NCBI GenBank assembly: GCA_964016885.1
Contig: OZ024740.1
Coordinates: 247,194,001 to 247,258,000, forward strand
DNA from: Eledone cirrhosa
Lineage: Eukaryota
Direction: 5' to 3'
DNA: 64,000 bases
The first letter of the stretch is position 1. Each line of letters begins with the position of its first letter. Under the pieces are notes generated by a model that ran no database searches, had not been told where the DNA came from, and worked only from the letters and a program-made list of their open reading frames with translations. The translations under genes were made by a program, and so were the position numbers. Of the stretch, positions 60,300-64,000 are shown one piece after another.

Positions 60300-60685
60300 G
60301 AGACATCTGTTCAGTGGTCAACCAAAATTAGATTGTCGTCTGCTTTGTTTGAAATTTCTTTATGTATATTTCTAATAAGTTGTTGCCTCGTTTTGGAGGA
60401 CAGAGTTGTGGGAGTAGGAAGGAGAGTAGTTAGAAGGAGGGTTTAACATACAGTAGTCGTACCTCCTCTTCCCCTTCTCTTACTGAAATGTCTTCTCGTT
60501 CTTAAACCATTGTAAAGATGTCCCCAGGGATTCCATTATTGATTTTTATTGAAATCAATTTAGCCAGTCCTGTTTCTGAATATTCACTTAACATGTGTGT
60601 AAAGTTTCATCAGGATCGGATCATTGGTGTAGGCACCAACTGGTTATACATAGACAGACAGAAATTGCCATTTATATAGTATATA
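59412..60685 (-). mobile_element. Possible non-autonomous Helitron
   Basis: The minus strand ends in an imperfect GC hairpin plus GCTAG|T at 59412. It begins near 60685 with TATATAAATG..CTGTCTGTC..CCGATCCTGATGAAACTTT, like invertebrate Helitron-N 5' ends. That both ends belong to one element is unproven. Confidence 0.45.
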
Positions 60686-60699
60686 TATATATCTAGTGC

Positions 60700-61475
60700 G
60701 GGTAAAATTCACGAGATCCATGGACGAGTTCTCTCCAGCGGCCTCTGCCCCTCATCATCGCTGCCATGTTTCCAAGAGACCAGTGTCTATCCTTAGAGCA
60801 TCAACATATGTCAACCTCGGTCTCCCTCTTCCAGTGCAGTGTATCCATGCAGGGGCTCCCACATGAGCACTGAGTGTAGTGTCAACTCTGGATGTCGGTG
60901 AGCATGTCCAGCTAACCTCAGTCTCCTCTGTGCTACTCTCGAGATGACTTTTGGGAGGATCCCGCACAGAGCAGGAGAGTTAAGGCGACAAAGATATCTG
61001 ATGCTGAATTTGCCGACGACATAGTTCTGGTGACAAACACAGTGAAGGAGACAGAGGGGTTGATGCAGGAGGTGGAGACTGTGTCGATTAGTGTGGGGAT
61101 GAGAATGACTGAGATTAAGACGAAGTATCTGGTAGAGAATATTAAGAAGCCAAAGAAGATTACTAATGTACGTGGGAAGCCGCTAGAATTATTTGAGGAC
61201 TTCCTGTATCTGGGAGCAAAGATTGGGAATACAGAAGATGATGTGGTTGAGAGGAAGAGCAAAGCCTGGGCGGCGTGCCACAGTTTGAGATCGGTGTGGA
61301 AGTCGGACCTTCGTAAAGACCTGAAGATCCGTCTCTTCGTTGAGGTAGTGGAGTCTGTGCTGCTGTACGGGTCTGAGACTTGGACACTGACCAAGAAACT
61401 CACTCAGATGGGGGATGGGTGCTACACGAGAATGCTGAGGATGGCTCTGAACATTAACCAGTATACACTGAGGAT
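60700..61475 (-). mobile_element. RTE-type LINE 3' fragment with an inverted 5' segment
   Basis: 60960-61475 (+): AEFADDIVL..FLYLGA..LLYGSETWTL..MLRMALNI. 60700-60950 (-): RRLRLAGHAHRHPE..GRGRPRLTYVDALR. Confidence 0.75.
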
Positions 61476-61548
61476 ATATATTATATACAAGGGCGGTGCT
61501 CCAGCATGGCCTCAGCCGGATGGCTGAAACAGGTAAAAGAGTAAAAGA

Positions 61549-61623
<75 letters not shown>

Positions 61624-61774
61624 TATATATTCCATTTTGACGTTATAGTCACTTATATATTATGAAATACTGTTGGCTTCTTGCTCACATTAATTTCTCT
61701 ATTTTCATTTATATATATATATATATATATATTTCGTTTCTGAATTTGTTGGCAACATGACCCTCCCAAAGTAT

Positions 61775-61952
<178 letters not shown>

Positions 61953-63039
61953 ACGGGGGGGGGAGACTAGGCACAGAGAGAAGCGTATTTTAAATGTTGT
62001 CTGGTTATATGTACTTTAATGTGTAAGAATTACACTCGCACACACACACTCACACACCATTGCACATACACACAAACACAATTACATGTACACCCGCAGA
62101 CATACCATATAACAAGCACACACACAAATGCATATAGAGAGGCACGAAACAGCATACACACACATAGACACAGACATTAAAATCCCAAACAACATCAAAT
62201 CATAAATAGAAAATAGAAAGGGGCAGTACTACTCTCTAACTGACCTTCCCTTTCTTCTCCCTTCTATTATCTCTTCATTTCAGATTAGTCATAGTATCTT
62301 CTTCTCTCCCACACTCCAAACTCTATCTTCCAACCATTAACCGCCATTGCTATTGAATGGTGTAGATGTCAGAAGTCGCTCTTGAACCCTTCATCACGCC
62401 CTCTTGGGGATGGTTGACACAGACGACAGACAAGCATCTATGTAACCACATACACATATACACAAAACAAGTCTATATATATATATATATATATACACTT
62501 GTTTATATATATATATATATATATATAGTTATTGAAATAACAGATTAAAGTTTAATCAAAGAATCGCTTATATATGTTTGTGTGTATGAATATGTCTTTA
62601 TATATGTATGTGTGTGTATATATGTATGCATTCATGTATGTGTTTATATATATATATATTTATATATATGTGTGTGTATGTGTGTGTTTGTGTGTGTGTA
62701 TGTACATACATACATACATAAACGTAGTATAAACAGTTTGTCCATGAGTATAGTATTTAAACACATTATATAATGATTTCAAAACCTGAAATCAAGTGAT
62801 ATGAAATGGCTGACTGAATATAAACGTATCCTTTCTCACAAATGTTTTTTTCCCGTTCCTTTCTTTTCTTACTAACTATATTTCTATTTTTTTTAATTTT
62901 ATTTTTCATTCTCTTCTGTTGTTGAGCTAGTCTGCGTAACGTTAGAAAAACCTTTCTTTCTATACCAAGCGTTAAATCAATATATTTCTTCATTGTACTG
63001 TGTCGTTTGCTTACTTATTTCTATTTACTTTTTGCATAT

Positions 63040-63922
<883 letters not shown>

Positions 63923-64000
63923 TTATATATGAATTTGCATGTGTATGTATATGTATATATGTATATATGTGTATATACCAATGTATATATGTGTGTATAT

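Overview
Eukaryotic (animal) intergenic or intronic DNA made almost entirely of transposable elements and microsatellites. No host protein-coding gene, rRNA, tRNA or CRISPR array is recognisable. The (TA)n/(CA)n/(GA)n density, the tRNA-derived SINE family and the TTAGGG repeat fit an invertebrate such as an octopus (inference only). Main contents: (1) Penelope-like retroelements (PLEs, RT plus C-terminal GIY-YIG) of at least three types. These include a very young Naiad-like element with an inverted pLTR, a partial tandem copy and an intact 1210-aa ORF (12731-20681), a Hydra-like PLE between ~770-bp inverted repeats (4174-8047) and Neptune-like fragments. (2) About 29 minimal hammerhead-ribozyme motifs read by eye, from more than ten sequence families, many at the outer ends of non-coding fold-back elements inserted in (TA)n. 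(3) A cluster of Tx1-type LINEs, partly head-to-tail and separated by (TTA)n. (4) A decayed Helitron with an antisense STPR-like repeat. (5) RTE and R4/Dong fragments and about nine SINE copies. Clade names rest on motif recognition, not on alignments, and all RNA folds were paired by hand.
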